NCBI GenBank assembly: GCA_964504875.1
Contig: CAZDFJ010000001.1
Location: forward strand, 43,863-107,862
From: an uncultured Burkholderiales bacterium
GTDB taxonomy: Bacteria; Pseudomonadota; Gammaproteobacteria; Burkholderiales; CAZDFJ01
DNA length: 64,000 nucleotides
Direction: 5' to 3'
This document shows, in pieces, positions 29,016 through 39,596 of this stretch. Made by a program: the position numbers and the translations under genes. Numbering within the stretch: position 1 is the first letter of the stretch; the number at the start of each line of letters is the position of its first letter. The notes under the pieces are model-generated. The model made no database searches. It saw only the letters and a program-made list of their open reading frames with translations, and was not told the origin of the DNA.

Positions 29016-31529
29016 TTAGTATTTAAGAAAGTCAACCAGTTGTTCGGGTAAAATCGGTTTGCTATAGAAAAAGCCTTGAATTTCATCACAGCCTAATTGT
29101 CGCAAAAATTCAAGTTGTTCGTTTGTTTCAACACCTTCTGCAATCACCCCTAAACGTAAACTTTTTGAGAGGGCAATAATGGCCTGTGTAATGGCAACAT
29201 CATCGTTGTCTTTTAAAATATCTGTAATAAAAGACCGATCTATTTTAATGCGATGAATCGGAAAACGTTTCAGATAATTTAAACTCGAATAACCTGTCCC
29301 AAAATCATCAATTGAAAGTTGCATCCCCATTTTTTCAAGTCGCTTGAGTGTGTTAATTGTTTTCTCAGCATTTTCCATAATGATGCTTTCAGTTAACTCA
29401 AGTTCAAGCCATTGTGGATCAAGTTGGGTTTCATCCAAAACACGTTCTATGAGCGATAATAAATCTTTTTGCCTAAATTGTAATGCAGACAAATTTACAG
29501 CAACGCGGACCGGTTTCAGTCCCATTTCTTGCCATTTTTTATTTTGTTCACATGCAGTACGTAAAACCCATTCACCAATAGACACGATTAAGCCCGTTTC
29601 TTCTGCAACAGGAATAAAACGGGCGGGAGAAACAATTCCTAATGTTGGATGCTTCCAACGAATTAACGCCTCAACGCCACAAATACTATTTGTTGCCAAA
29701 TCTAATTGAGGTTGATATGCTAAAAATAAATCATGACGCTCAATCGCTTGACGTAATTCGGATTCAAACATAAGCCGTTCTGCGGAGAACGTGCCCATTT
29801 CCGGTGTATAATATCTGTATGTATTACGACCAGAAGCCTTGGCGCGATAAAGAGCGTTATCTGCAAATTGCATCAGATTATCAATATCATCTGCATCGGA
29901 AGGATAGACGCTAATTCCAAGACTGGGAGAAACATAAACTTTTTTGTGATGAATGACAAACGGATCTTTAAACTGTTCGATTAGTTTTTCAGCACACCGT
30001 GCCGCACCTTCAATATTCGAAATATTAGTTAGAATAATAGAAAATTCATCCCCCCCTAATCGCGCCAGAAAATCATTCTCACGAATACTGTTGCGAATGC
30101 GTCGTGAGACCGCCTTCAGTAATTCATCTCCTCCACTTTGCCCCAAATTGTCGTTAATAGCTTTAAATCGGTCCAAATCCAGAAAAATTAAGCCAAATAA
30201 AGGCGGAGGCGTATGATGCATGCGCGTTTCAATCATTTTCTGAACATGTTCGCGCAACATTTTACGATTCGGTAATTGCGTCAGGGCATCATAGAACAAT
30301 AATTGATGAATAAGATGCTCAGTCCGTTTTCGCTCAGATAAGTCGCGGGCAAAAGCCAAATTGTATTCTAAACCATCAAATTCCAAAAAATTGACTGACA
30401 TATCAATCGGCACAATCATGCCATCTTTATGTCGCTGATGCGTTTCAAACGTGAAAGCATGACGTAATTTTAGTTCTTCCCAAAAAGCGCGCCAATCTTC
30501 TTTGTTATAATCAATATCGACTTCGTGAATGTACATATTAAGCAACTCTTCGTGGGAATAACCCAACATCCTGCAAGCCGCCCGATTAACCCGTAGGATT
30601 TGCCCTTCTTCGTTAATCCAAAATGCCCCCTCCGAAATATGTTCTAACGAAAATTTCATTAACCGCATGATTTGTTCGTCTTTTTTTCGCTGGGAAATAT
30701 CACGAATAATGACCATATAGGACAAATTTGTCCCAATTGTCATTTCTGAAATGGAAATATCGAGAGGCGTGTGCATTCCATTTTTTTTACACCCCGTGAC
30801 TTCTCGAATATTTCCCGATTTATTTTTGCCAACCCAAAAAAGATGGTTAAGCTTTGGCTGAAAAACACCAAAATTAGCTTCTGGCAAAATTAAACTGACA
30901 TGCTGCTTGATTAATTCTTGTTCGGTATAACCAAAGATTTTACGCACCGCAGGATTGGCTGTTAAAATCACACCGCGCCGATCAAACGTCAAAATGCCAT
31001 CTAATGCACTGGCTAACATTGTGCCTAGACGCATTTCATTTTCTTGACTTAATTCGATTAATGCTTGTAATTCGCGAGATTGTTGCCTCAAAATCATTTC
31101 ACGAGAGGAGGCACTACTCACATCTGTTACTTCAATGACACAAAATAAATTTTCAGGATTTTCTCCTACAAGAAGCGGTTTAATCGCAATCAACTGTTCG
31201 ATTGGAATGCGTTGACGTTTTCGTAACACAAATAATGGAAAAGGCGAATTACCAATTCGCTGGGAAATAATCGCGGACCAATGATGTAACAGTGCTTCTT
31301 GAATGGCAGAGCAAATACGGGTTTGAGCGAGTGCAGGAAACAGATCCGTCAGTTCGCGGCCTTGCACCTGTTGCATTTCTAACCCACTCATTTTGGTCAT
31401 CCATCGATTCCAAACAACAATCTTTGCATAACGATCCAAAACAACGACACCATGCGTTAGGTCTTGTAACACTTCATCTGATAGAAAAAGTGACAAATCG
31501 GTGGTTTGCACTGCCTCACTTTCTTTCAT
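29016..31529 (-). CDS. multi-PAS-GGDEF-EAL signalling protein
   Basis: 837 aa. Three PAS-like regions, an intact GGDEF (ARLGGDEFSIIL) and an intact EAL (GVEALIRWKHP … DDFGTGYSS). Its start overlaps the upstream gene's stop by 4 nt. Confidence 0.9.
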   Translation of the reverse strand: MKESEAVQTTDLSLFLSDEVLQDLTHGVVVLDRYAKIVVWNRWMTKMSGLEMQQVQGRELTDLFPALAQTRICSAIQEALLHHWSAIISQRIGNSPFPLFVLRKRQRIPIEQLIAIKPLLVGENPENLFCVIEVTDVSSASSREMILRQQSRELQALIELSQENEMRLGTMLASALDGILTFDRRGVILTANPAVRKIFGYTEQELIKQHVSLILPEANFGVFQPKLNHLFWVGKNKSGNIREVTGCKKNGMHTPLDISISEMTIGTNLSYMVIIRDISQRKKDEQIMRLMKFSLEHISEGAFWINEEGQILRVNRAACRMLGYSHEELLNMYIHEVDIDYNKEDWRAFWEELKLRHAFTFETHQRHKDGMIVPIDMSVNFLEFDGLEYNLAFARDLSERKRTEHLIHQLLFYDALTQLPNRKMLREHVQKMIETRMHHTPPPLFGLIFLDLDRFKAINDNLGQSGGDELLKAVSRRIRNSIRENDFLARLGGDEFSIILTNISNIEGAARCAEKLIEQFKDPFVIHHKKVYVSPSLGISVYPSDADDIDNLMQFADNALYRAKASGRNTYRYYTPEMGTFSAERLMFESELRQAIERHDLFLAYQPQLDLATNSICGVEALIRWKHPTLGIVSPARFIPVAEETGLIVSIGEWVLRTACEQNKKWQEMGLKPVRVAVNLSALQFRQKDLLSLIERVLDETQLDPQWLELELTESIIMENAEKTINTLKRLEKMGMQLSIDDFGTGYSSLNYLKRFPIHRIKIDRSFITDILKDNDDVAITQAIIALSKSLRLGVIAEGVETNEQLEFLRQLGCDEIQGFFYSKPILPEQLVDFLKY

Positions 31530-32149
31530 AACCCCATTGTCCCTATTAATTCATCAATCTTTCGTTTGAATTGTTCAACCGATTCAATTTCCATAAGAAA
31601 AACAATATGTCCTTCTGCTTGTAATTTCTCAAGCGCAAATTTGATTAATAAATATAAAACAACACAGTGTTCATCAATGTCATCTTCATTGACGTCTAAG
31701 ACTTCTGCTGCATTACCTGCTCGAAAAGTGGGTAAAGAAATTTCGATTTGATCTTTCAATAAATTAGCAATACTTCCTGTACATGCATTCAGAATAATAT
31801 TTCCAATTTCTAGAAAAGCTTCTTGCTCAAAATCTGTGAGAAAATCTAAAGGGACATCTTCTTTGATCAGAACACGTACCAGATCAAGACTACAACTTTT
31901 ATCAAAAAGTAAAAATTCTTTTCCTTGAAAAGAACCACAAAAGTCTTGTTCAATGCCAATCATTTGATGCGTTTTATCTGCGGCAATATTGCTTAAGAGG
32001 GTTTTTAAAGCAATAAAATCCACCACAGGCGCAGACAACGAGACCTTGTCATCTACCATTTGACTGAGCGCCGCCGCAGAACGTCCCATCCCAATATTAA
32101 GGGTTTCAGCAATTGCATCACGTTGCAATTCAGTAAGTTCAATGATCAT
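31526..32149 (-). CDS. CheC/CheX-family CheY-P phosphatase-like protein
   Basis: 207 aa. One canonical D-x3-E-x2-N site (DAIAETLN) and one variant site (EAFLEIGN). Confidence 0.7.
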   Translation of the reverse strand: MIIELTELQRDAIAETLNIGMGRSAAALSQMVDDKVSLSAPVVDFIALKTLLSNIAADKTHQMIGIEQDFCGSFQGKEFLLFDKSCSLDLVRVLIKEDVPLDFLTDFEQEAFLEIGNIILNACTGSIANLLKDQIEISLPTFRAGNAAEVLDVNEDDIDEHCVVLYLLIKFALEKLQAEGHIVFLMEIESVEQFKRKIDELIGTMGL

Positions 32150-32222
32150 AACTTTTATTAGTAAGCTTTAGTCTATTAGCTGTTCATAATATAATGACAA
32201 AACTACAGTTATTTTTCTTGTA

Positions 32223-32285
32223 TATAGCGAGTTTCATTTAGATGGGTTCCGGTGGGCTGAAACCAAACGCGTGACGCTCGCTATA
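32223..32285 (-). other. 63-nt structured element (9-bp perfect stem enclosing a GC-rich 45-nt loop) between the cheY-like and cheC-like genes
   Basis: TATAGCGAG (32223-32231) pairs with CTCGCTATA (32277-32285). The interior is unusually G/C-rich for an intergenic region in this window. No T-run follows on the transcribed strand. Confidence 0.4.
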
Positions 32286-32302
32286 GTGCAGTTTTTGTCC
32301 GT

Positions 32303-32677
32303 TTAATTTGCTGGATGATTTTCAATCATGCCAAAAACAGGTTGAAATTTTTCTTCATTAAGCGGCTTGGTAATAAAATTTAAACCATATTCAAGTGCGG
32401 TATCACGAACACTATCTTGAATATTAGCCGTAATAATAATGAGCGCCGCCTGCGGTAATTTTTCGCGTAATTCTTTTCCTAACGTCAAACCATCTTTTCC
32501 CGGCATATTGACATCTAATGTCACACCATCAAATGATTCTTGCTCAACCAATTTTAACGCTTCGTCTGCATTAGCGACGTCTTTAATTTCCCAATCAGGA
32601 CGTTTATCACTCAACAGTGTTTTAATAATCATGCGAGAAAGACGGCTATCATCAACGACAAGAATTTTTTTACTCAC
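32303..32677 (-). CDS. single-domain response regulator (CheY-like receiver)
   Basis: 124 aa. ILVVDDS acidic pocket, phospho-acceptor Asp in VTLDVNMPGKDG, and the conserved T (IIITAN) and K (ITKP). Confidence 0.9.
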   Translation of the reverse strand: MSKKILVVDDSRLSRMIIKTLLSDKRPDWEIKDVANADEALKLVEQESFDGVTLDVNMPGKDGLTLGKELREKLPQAALIIITANIQDSVRDTALEYGLNFITKPLNEEKFQPVFGMIENHPAN

Positions 32678-33189
32678 TTAAAAACCTCTTTTTTTATCTT
32701 ATGTGGTTACCACTTTACTTTAATCATAAAAATTTTTATTTTCTGACACATTAGGAAAGAACTAGATTATTTTAGATGAAAATTTCAATGACTGTAAACG
32801 CTTCTTATAAAAAATAAATTAACCTTTTTTGCGTACAAGAAAAATAGGCGAGCTATTCATCAAATAAATCCAATTTTTACATGATGATCTTTAAAAATAA
32901 AGTAGCTGTTTACTTATCTCATGTCTTGAATAAAATGCGATAAAATTCACACGTAGATTTTATCATAATTCTACTTTGGTACAAAAAAATAGCATTACTA
33001 AAATTCACTTTATCAAAATATGACTATATATTTTTGCTTTCAAAACAAAAATGTTAATTTATAATGTGAATAGTTCATTGTTTTTTGATATAAATATAGA
33101 TATGCCAGTCCTTTTTCACTATTCATATTATGTTAAGGCAAGAAGTCTAACCTATGTTCTCAGGATATTTTTCTGGAGTGTGTGAACCA

Positions 33190-33214
33190 ATACTTGACTA
33201 AATCAGTCAATTAT
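33190..33214. promoter_or_regulatory. IscR type-1 binding site (strong)
   Basis: ATACTTGACTAAATCAGTCAATTAT matches 24 of 25 positions of the type-1 IscR motif as I recall it (ATASYYGACTRWWWYAGTCRRSTAT). It lies 51-75 nt upstream of iscR. Confidence 0.7.
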
Positions 33215-33226
33215 TGTACATTACGC

Positions 33227-33251
33227 ATACTTGAGTAATTTAGTATGGCTA
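33227..33251. promoter_or_regulatory. IscR type-1 binding site (weaker second copy)
   Basis: ATACTTGAGTAATTTAGTATGGCTA shares the left half and the central AT-tract of the motif. The tandem arrangement resembles sites A and B of the E. coli iscR promoter. Confidence 0.5.
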
Positions 33252-33264
33252 ATCGGAGAGGGAC

Positions 33265-33768
33265 ATGAGACTCACGACCAAAGGACGCTTTGCTGTCACA
33301 GCAATGATCGATTTAGGCTTAAGACATGGCGATGGACCTGTCACATTAGCCGGCATTAGCAGTAGACAAAAAATTTCGCTATCTTATTTAGAACAACTTT
33401 TTGGAAAATTACGCCGCGCAGGGTTGGTGGAAAGTATTCGTGGGCCGGGAGGCGGCTACTGTCTATCACGAGAATTAGATCGCATTTCTATTGCAGAAAT
33501 TATTGCGGCAGTAGATGAACCTATTGATGCCACACAATGTGGCGGCAAAGAAAACTGTCACGGGGATGAAAGTCGTTGTATGACTCATGAATTGTGGACA
33601 AGCCTAAACCGCCACATTTTTGAATATCTCCGCAAGATAGCTTTACTCGACTTAGTTGAAAAACAACGTAAAAAACAACAACAACAGGTTGTCCAACTTG
33701 ACGCCTTGACTAAAACAAAAGAAACAGAATGCTATGCTGAGACACATACTGTTGCCGTGAATATTTAA
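33265..33768 (+). CDS. iscR: Fe-S cluster assembly transcriptional regulator (Rrf2 family)
   Basis: MRLTTKGRFAVTAMIDL… wHTH, plus the cluster ligands CGGKENCHGDESRCMTH (3 Cys + His). Confidence 0.9.
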   Translation: MRLTTKGRFAVTAMIDLGLRHGDGPVTLAGISSRQKISLSYLEQLFGKLRRAGLVESIRGPGGGYCLSRELDRISIAEIIAAVDEPIDATQCGGKENCHGDESRCMTHELWTSLNRHIFEYLRKIALLDLVEKQRKKQQQQVVQLDALTKTKETECYAETHTVAVNI

Positions 33769-33806
33769 AAGTGTCTTCACATTTTTATTATTGAGATCCT
33801 GTTTTG

Positions 33807-34952
33807 ATGTCTATTACTTATTTTGATCATAACGCGACGACGCCAGTCGATCCTGCTGTGCTTGAAGCGATGTTGCCTTTTATGACCACTGTCTATGGCA
33901 ATCCCTCTAGTCCGCACACCTTAGGACGTCACGCAAAGCAAGCCCTTGATCAGGCGCGGGAAACTGTTGCTGATTTGGTCAATGCCCATCCTTCCCAAGT
34001 CATTTTTACCAGTGGAGGAACGGAGGCGAATAATTTATTTTTAAAAGGGGTGGCGGCCTGTCTCAATCGCTCGCAAATTTTATACAGTGCAGCAGAACAT
34101 CCTTGTGTTTCACGTGCAGTACACTATTTAGCCAAACAGGGCTGGCAAACAAAAAGTTTGCCTATTGATGGACAAGGCTTATTACAGTTCAATCAATTAG
34201 AACGTGATTTAACACACTTTACCGCCATTGTAAGCGTCATTTATGCTCAAAATGAAACAGGGGTCATTCAAGATGTTGGTCAAGTGGTAGAATATGCACG
34301 TCAGCAAGGGGCATGGGTACATACAGATGCTGTCCAAGCTTTGGGAAAAATTCCGGTTGATTTCAAGATGTTGGGCGTCAATGGCCTTACACTTTCTTCA
34401 CATAAAATCAATGGCCCAAAAGGCGCCGGCGCGCTTATTTTAGATAAACGCCTCGAAATAGAACCCATACTACATGGTGGGGGGCAAGAACGTGGTTTGC
34501 GATCGGGCACAGAAAATTTAGCAGCTATAGTCGGTTTTGGTAAAGCATGCGAGTTAGCAAAAAAACGGTTATGCCCCGCACAAAATGCGCTTGACTCATT
34601 GCGAGATGAATTAGAAAAAGGCATTGTACAATTAGGTGGTACAATTTTTGGGCAAGGCGCAACGCGTTTGCCCAACACAAGTTTTTTTGCATTTCCTCAT
34701 CTAGAAGGGGAAACGCTTGTTATAGAATTAGACAAAGCTGGCTTTGCTGTGGCAAGTGGTTCCGCGTGTTCAAGTGTACAACGCAAGCCAAGTGCAACCT
34801 TACTTGCAATGGGCATTCCGCCTGAATTAGCGCGGGGAGCCATTCGTGTAAGCTTAGGACATTATAACACGCTTGCTGAAATCACCTTATTTTTACAAAA
34901 ATTAGAACAAATTATGATACGAATGCGCCAATTTTCTGCCATTCTCTCATAA
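33807..34952 (+). CDS. NifS-like class I cysteine desulfurase (second desulfurase of the locus)
   Basis: 381 aa. PLP lysine in [11 protein letters not shown] and active-site Cys in ASGSACSS. It lacks the C-terminal extension seen in IscS. ATG 33807 is preferred over TTG 33804. Confidence 0.85.
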   Translation: MSITYFDHNATTPVDPAVLEAMLPFMTTVYGNPSSPHTLGRHAKQALDQARETVADLVNAHPSQVIFTSGGTEANNLFLKGVAACLNRSQILYSAAEHPCVSRAVHYLAKQGWQTKSLPIDGQGLLQFNQLERDLTHFTAIVSVIYAQNETGVIQDVGQVVEYARQQGAWVHTDAVQALGKIPVDFKMLGVNGLTLSSHKINGPKGAGALILDKRLEIEPILHGGGQERGLRSGTENLAAIVGFGKACELAKKRLCPAQNALDSLRDELEKGIVQLGGTIFGQGATRLPNTSFFAFPHLEGETLVIELDKAGFAVASGSACSSVQRKPSATLLAMGIPPELARGAIRVSLGHYNTLAEITLFLQKLEQIMIRMRQFSAILS

Positions 34953-34969
34953 TGGAGCGAAGAAAAACA

Positions 34970-36181
34970 ATGTTAAAATTACCGATTTATTTAGACTATT
35001 CTGCTACAACGCCCGTTGATCCTCGTGTGGTCGATAAAATGGTTCCTTACTTGTATGAACATTTTGGAAATCCTGCCAGTCGTTCACATGCATATGGTTG
35101 GGAAGCAGAAGGCGCTGTAGAACGGGCACGGGAGCAAGTGGCGGCCCTCGTCAATGCCGATCCGCGCGAAATCGTCTGGACATCTGGTGCCACAGAATCT
35201 GATAATTTGGCGATCAAAGGCGCGGCGCATTTTTATCAAACCAAAGGGAAACATTTAATTACCATTTCAACTGAACATAAAGCTGTGTTAGATCCAATGC
35301 GTCAATTAGAACGCGAAGGCTATGAAGTAACCTATTTTCAGCCAGAAGAAAACGGTTTAATTGACCTGGCTAAATTTGAAGCGGCCTTGCGTCCCGACAC
35401 AATTTTGGCATCAGTAATGTTCGTAAATAATGAAATTGGCGTGATTCAGGATATTGAAGCCCTGGGCGAATTGTGTCGGAGTCGAGGCATTATTTTTCAT
35501 GTGGACGCGGCTCAAGCGACGGGCAAAGTCAAAATTGACTTGAAACAATTAAAAGTTGATTTAATGTCTTTTTCAGCGCATAAAACTTATGGGCCAAAAG
35601 GAGTCGGGGCCTTATATATTCGCCGGAAACCGCGTATTCGTTTGGAAGCTCAAATGCATGGGGGCGGGCACGAACGCGGTTTTCGCTCTGGGACATTAGC
35701 GACGCATCAAATTGTTGGGATGGGTGAATGTTTTGCGCTCGCTCAAGCTGAAATGGAAGAAGAAAATCAACGTATTCTCACGTTGCGTAATCAATTATGG
35801 ACAGGATTAAATCAAATTGACGAAGTTCATTTAAACGGTGATTTAACGCAGCGTATTCCACACAATTTAAATGTCAGCTTTAATTTTGTTGAAGGTGAAT
35901 CTTTAATTATGGCCATTAAAGATATTGCGGTTTCAAGTGGCTCAGCATGTACTTCCGCAAGTTTGGAACCTTCTTATGTTTTACGTGCCCTTGGACGTAG
36001 TGATGAATTAGCGCATAGCTCTATTCGGTTCTCTATTGGACGTTTTACTACAGAGGAAGAAGTTCATTTCACAGTCCAATTACTGCAAGAAAAAGTGGGT
36101 AAATTACGTGAAATGTCTCCTCTTTGGGAAATGTATCAAGAAGGGGTAGATCTTGATAAAGTAGAATGGGCCGCACACTAA
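34970..36181 (+). CDS. iscS: cysteine desulfurase IscS
   Basis: [20 protein letters not shown]… is collinear with E. coli IscS ([19 protein letters not shown]). Also [32 protein letters not shown] and the C-terminal SPLWEMY. The ATG at 34952 is a possible alternative start. Confidence 0.95.
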   Translation: MLKLPIYLDYSATTPVDPRVVDKMVPYLYEHFGNPASRSHAYGWEAEGAVERAREQVAALVNADPREIVWTSGATESDNLAIKGAAHFYQTKGKHLITISTEHKAVLDPMRQLEREGYEVTYFQPEENGLIDLAKFEAALRPDTILASVMFVNNEIGVIQDIEALGELCRSRGIIFHVDAAQATGKVKIDLKQLKVDLMSFSAHKTYGPKGVGALYIRRKPRIRLEAQMHGGGHERGFRSGTLATHQIVGMGECFALAQAEMEEENQRILTLRNQLWTGLNQIDEVHLNGDLTQRIPHNLNVSFNFVEGESLIMAIKDIAVSSGSACTSASLEPSYVLRALGRSDELAHSSIRFSIGRFTTEEEVHFTVQLLQEKVGKLREMSPLWEMYQEGVDLDKVEWAAH

Positions 36182-36208
36182 TTATATTCGTCAAATTGGG
36201 AGAAAATC

Positions 36209-36601
36209 ATGGCTTACAGTGAGAAAGTTTTAGATCATTATGAACATCCACGCAATGTTGGATCTTTTGATAAAGCTGATCCACATATTGGCACCGGTAT
36301 GGTCGGCGCGCCCGCGTGTGGCGATGTCATGAAATTACAAATTAAAGTCGCAGAAAACGGAGTGATTGAAGATGCGCGCTTTAAAACTTATGGGTGTGGT
36401 TCTGCGATCGCCTCAAGTTCTTTAGTGACAGAATGGCTTAAAGGAAAAACGATTGACCAAGCCTTAGACATTAAAAACACCCAAATTGCAGAAGAATTAT
36501 CTTTGCCAGCTGCTAAAATTCATTGTTCTATTTTAGCAGAAGATGCCATTAAAGCCTCTATTGAAGATTATAAAAATAAACATCATTCTGAAACAAAATA
36601 A
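36209..36601 (+). CDS. iscU: Fe-S cluster scaffold protein
   Basis: MAYSEKVLDHYEHPRNVG…GAPACGDVMKLQI…YGCGSAIASSS…IHCSILAEDA, with three conserved Cys and an LPPVK-like LPAAK. Confidence 0.95.
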   Translation: MAYSEKVLDHYEHPRNVGSFDKADPHIGTGMVGAPACGDVMKLQIKVAENGVIEDARFKTYGCGSAIASSSLVTEWLKGKTIDQALDIKNTQIAEELSLPAAKIHCSILAEDAIKASIEDYKNKHHSETK

Positions 36602-36660
36602 AACCAAAATAGACAGATCTGCTTTTTTCAAAAGCGAATCCCGCCTATAATACATACAGA

Positions 36661-36682
36661 AAGGGCATGCATTCATGCCCTT
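36661..36682 (+). other. intra-operon hairpin between iscU and iscA
   Basis: AAGGGCATG (36661-36669) / CATGCCCTT (36674-36682), 9-bp stem with a 4-nt loop and no strong T-run. It may be an mRNA-stability or partial-termination element. Confidence 0.45.
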
Positions 36683-36750
36683 TCGATTCTGTTTGAATAT
36701 AGATTTGTTTGGACATTTTGAATTTGTCATAAAAGCACAGGAGCGAAAAA

Positions 36751-37074
36751 ATGGCTATTACAATGACTGAAGCAGCGGCACAACATATTCTGAAAGCATT
36801 AGCAGGGCGCGGAAAAGGTCTTGGATTACGTTTGGGAACCCGAACAGCTGGATGCTCTGGTTTAGCTTATCAAATTGAATTCGTTGATGAATTACATGAG
36901 GAAGATCTTGTTTTTGAAAGCCATCAAGTCAAAATTGTCGTGGATCCCAAAAGCTTAGTTTATATTGATGGGACAGAATTAGATTTTGTACGCGAAGGCC
37001 TAAATGAAGGCTTTAAATTTAACAATCCAAATGTAAAAAATGAATGTGGTTGTGGTGAAAGTTTCCATGTTTGA
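36751..37074 (+). CDS. iscA: Fe-S cluster insertion protein (A-type carrier)
   Basis: 107 aa. C-terminal CGCGESF plus Cys in TAGCSG. Confidence 0.95.
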   Translation: MAITMTEAAAQHILKALAGRGKGLGLRLGTRTAGCSGLAYQIEFVDELHEEDLVFESHQVKIVVDPKSLVYIDGTELDFVREGLNEGFKFNNPNVKNECGCGESFHV

Positions 37075-37612
37075 TTTTCATAAAAAAGATTATTTAAAAC
37101 TGGATTATTTTGCACTATTTGAATTGTCTCCTTGTTTTAATTTAAATATCAGTCAGTTAAATCAGGCTTATCGACAATTACAAGCAGAATATCATCCGGA
37201 TCGTTTTACGCATCTTTCTGATCAAGAACAGCGTCTCGCCGTCCAATTAGCGACGCATATTAATCATGCTTATCAAACATTAAAACATCCTTTATCGCGG
37301 GCGCGCTATTTACTTTCTTTACATCAAATTGATACAGAAGAAGAAAGCAATACTGCCATGCCGTTTGCTTTTTTAGAACAACAATTAGAATGGCGGGAAG
37401 CATTAAGTCTGGTTAAGCAAGATCGTAATCTTCCTCAACTTGAAGCCTTACTTGAACGCGCTCAAGTTGAAATTGTACATTATATTCAACATTTGGTTTA
37501 TTGTTTAGACCAACAAAAGTTTTATTCAGAAGCCGCGGAAACCGTTCGAAAATTGCGTTTTATTTATAAGCTCGAGGAAGAAATCGAGCAAAGCTTATCT
37601 GAACTTGAATAA
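37067..37612 (+). CDS. hscB: Fe-S cluster co-chaperone (J-protein)
   Basis: J-domain with HPD ([10 protein letters not shown]). ATG 37067 overlaps the iscA stop by 8 nt. The track start at 37040 lies inside iscA. Confidence 0.9.
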   Translation: MFDFHKKDYLKLDYFALFELSPCFNLNISQLNQAYRQLQAEYHPDRFTHLSDQEQRLAVQLATHINHAYQTLKHPLSRARYLLSLHQIDTEEESNTAMPFAFLEQQLEWREALSLVKQDRNLPQLEALLERAQVEIVHYIQHLVYCLDQQKFYSEAAETVRKLRFIYKLEEEIEQSLSELE

Positions 37613-37644
37613 TTTTTCACACGCAACACATAAGGGCAAAATAG

Positions 37645-39525
37645 ATGGCACTTTTACAAATTAGTGAACCAGGGCGCGGCACTGCGCCACATCAACATCG
37701 TTTGGCAGTCGGGATTGATCTTGGAACAACCAATTCACTTGTCGCTACGGTGCGAAGTGGATTAAGTACGGTTCTCAACGATCAACAGGGACGTGCGATG
37801 TTGCCGTCTATTGTACACTATTCATCCAGTGGCGATGTAAAAATAGGTTATGCCGCACGAGAACACCAAAATACGGATCCCTGCAATACGATAATTTCCG
37901 TCAAACGCTTTATGGGGCGCGGTCTCAAAGATGTTGAAAACGCAAAACATTTACCATACCAATTTGTAGATGAGCCTGGCATGGTCCAGCTACGCACTGT
38001 TTCTGGCGTAAAAAGCCCTGTTGAAATCTCAGCGGAAATCCTCAAGCATTTGCGCCAACGCGCGGAGCTTGCCTTAGGCGGGGAGCTTGTTGGGGCCGTC
38101 ATTACAGTTCCTGCTTATTTTGATGAAGCGCAACGACAAGCAACCAAAGATGCGGCACAATTGGCGGGCCTGAATGTTTTACGTTTATTGAACGAGCCCA
38201 CCGCTGCCGCGATTGCTTACGGCTTGGATAATGCTGCGGAAGGCGTTTATGCAGTATACGACCTAGGTGGAGGCACCTTTGATATTTCAATTTTACGGCT
38301 AGAGCGCGGTATCTTTGAAGTATTGGCGACAAATGGAGATTCTGCTTTAGGCGGCGATGATTTTGATCATCGTTTATATTGCTGGATTTTAGAAAATGCC
38401 CGCATTACATCCTTGACAGTACACGATTCACGGATGTTGCTCAGCAAAGCCCGCGAAGTCAAGGAACGTCTTTCCGAACAAAATGAAGTCCCACTTTCTT
38501 GTGTATTACAATCAGGCGAAATAGTCGATTTAGTCATCCAACGGGATCAATTCACTACGATGACCAAAAGCCTGGTAGAAAAAACGCTTTTACCTGTCAA
38601 AAAAGCCTTGCGGGATGCTAAATTAAAACCTGCTGATATTAAAGGCGTTGTGATGGTTGGCGGATCCACGCGGATGCCGCAAATTCAACAAGCAGTAGGG
38701 CATTTTTTCCAACAAGATCCATTGAATAATCTTGACCCAGACAAAGTTGTGGCTTTGGGTGCCGCGATCCAAGCGAATATTTTGGCGGGGAATCGCTCAG
38801 AAGGGGATTTGTTATTACTCGATGTGATTCCGCTTTCACTTGGAATTGAAACTATGGGCGGACTTGTTGAAAAAATTATTCCACGCAATGCGACAATTCC
38901 TGTCGCCCGCGCTCAAGATTTTACGACGTTTAAAGACGGGCAAACGGGTATGATTTTTCATATCGTACAAGGAGAACGCGAACTGGTTGAACATTGTCGT
39001 TCACTCGCGCGCTTTGAACTGACGGGGATTCCGCCCATGCCTGCTGGGGCCGCGCGGGTTCGCCTCACATTCCAAGTAGATGCGGATGGATTACTAAGCG
39101 TTTCTGCGCGAGAAAAAACGACGGGGATTCAAGCCCGAGTGACAGTCAAGCCTTCTTATGGGCTGGATGATAAGCAAATTGCGTCCATGCTCAAAGCAGC
39201 TAATTTACATGCCAAAGAAGATATGGAACAGCGCACATGGCATGAATATATGCTCGACGCACAATCTGTTTTAGATGCGACACGTAAGGCTCTCGCCGAA
39301 GATGGGGATTTACTTTCTCCTGAAGAACAAGCGGATATTCACGCAATTTTGGCGGATGTTGAAAAAGCGATGCATACCCAAGAAACTTCTTTGCTCAGAG
39401 CCGCGACTGAAAAAGCCAATCGCGTTACAGGCGAGTTTGCCGCCCGCAGAATGGATCGCAGTGTTCGTCAAGCTTTAGCAGGGCATTCTATTCAAGAAGT
39501 AGATACTTGGACAACAAAAGAATAA
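37645..39525 (+). CDS. hscA: Fe-S cluster chaperone (Hsp70 family)
   Basis: 626 aa, full length with NBD, SBD-beta and helical lid. Carries [12 protein letters not shown] and [12 protein letters not shown]. Position is after hscB. Confidence 0.95.
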   Translation: MALLQISEPGRGTAPHQHRLAVGIDLGTTNSLVATVRSGLSTVLNDQQGRAMLPSIVHYSSSGDVKIGYAAREHQNTDPCNTIISVKRFMGRGLKDVENAKHLPYQFVDEPGMVQLRTVSGVKSPVEISAEILKHLRQRAELALGGELVGAVITVPAYFDEAQRQATKDAAQLAGLNVLRLLNEPTAAAIAYGLDNAAEGVYAVYDLGGGTFDISILRLERGIFEVLATNGDSALGGDDFDHRLYCWILENARITSLTVHDSRMLLSKAREVKERLSEQNEVPLSCVLQSGEIVDLVIQRDQFTTMTKSLVEKTLLPVKKALRDAKLKPADIKGVVMVGGSTRMPQIQQAVGHFFQQDPLNNLDPDKVVALGAAIQANILAGNRSEGDLLLLDVIPLSLGIETMGGLVEKIIPRNATIPVARAQDFTTFKDGQTGMIFHIVQGERELVEHCRSLARFELTGIPPMPAGAARVRLTFQVDADGLLSVSAREKTTGIQARVTVKPSYGLDDKQIASMLKAANLHAKEDMEQRTWHEYMLDAQSVLDATRKALAEDGDLLSPEEQADIHAILADVEKAMHTQETSLLRAATEKANRVTGEFAARRMDRSVRQALAGHSIQEVDTWTTKE

Positions 39526-39551
39526 CAAATTTCAGTCTCAATTAAAATACG

Positions 39552-39577
39552 ACGCCCTTATAAATTAGGGCGTTTTT
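39552..39577. terminator. rho-independent terminator shared by convergent hscA and the Hsp70-like operon
   Basis: Stem ACGCCCT (39552-39558) / AGGGCGT (39567-39573), with T5 downstream. On the other strand a T-rich run follows after 3 nt. Confidence 0.7.
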
Positions 39578-39596
39578 CACTGACAATAAATTACAT

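Noticed and set aside
32223-32285. Possibility that the structured spacer element is a c-di-GMP riboswitch, given the GGDEF-EAL genes downstream.
   Set aside because: At ~63 nt it is too short, and it lacks the conserved GEMM-type features I can recall (the paired P1/P2 helices with a GNRA tetraloop and receptor, and the conserved ACGCA/GGCAAACC-like cores). I keep it only as an unexplained hairpin.
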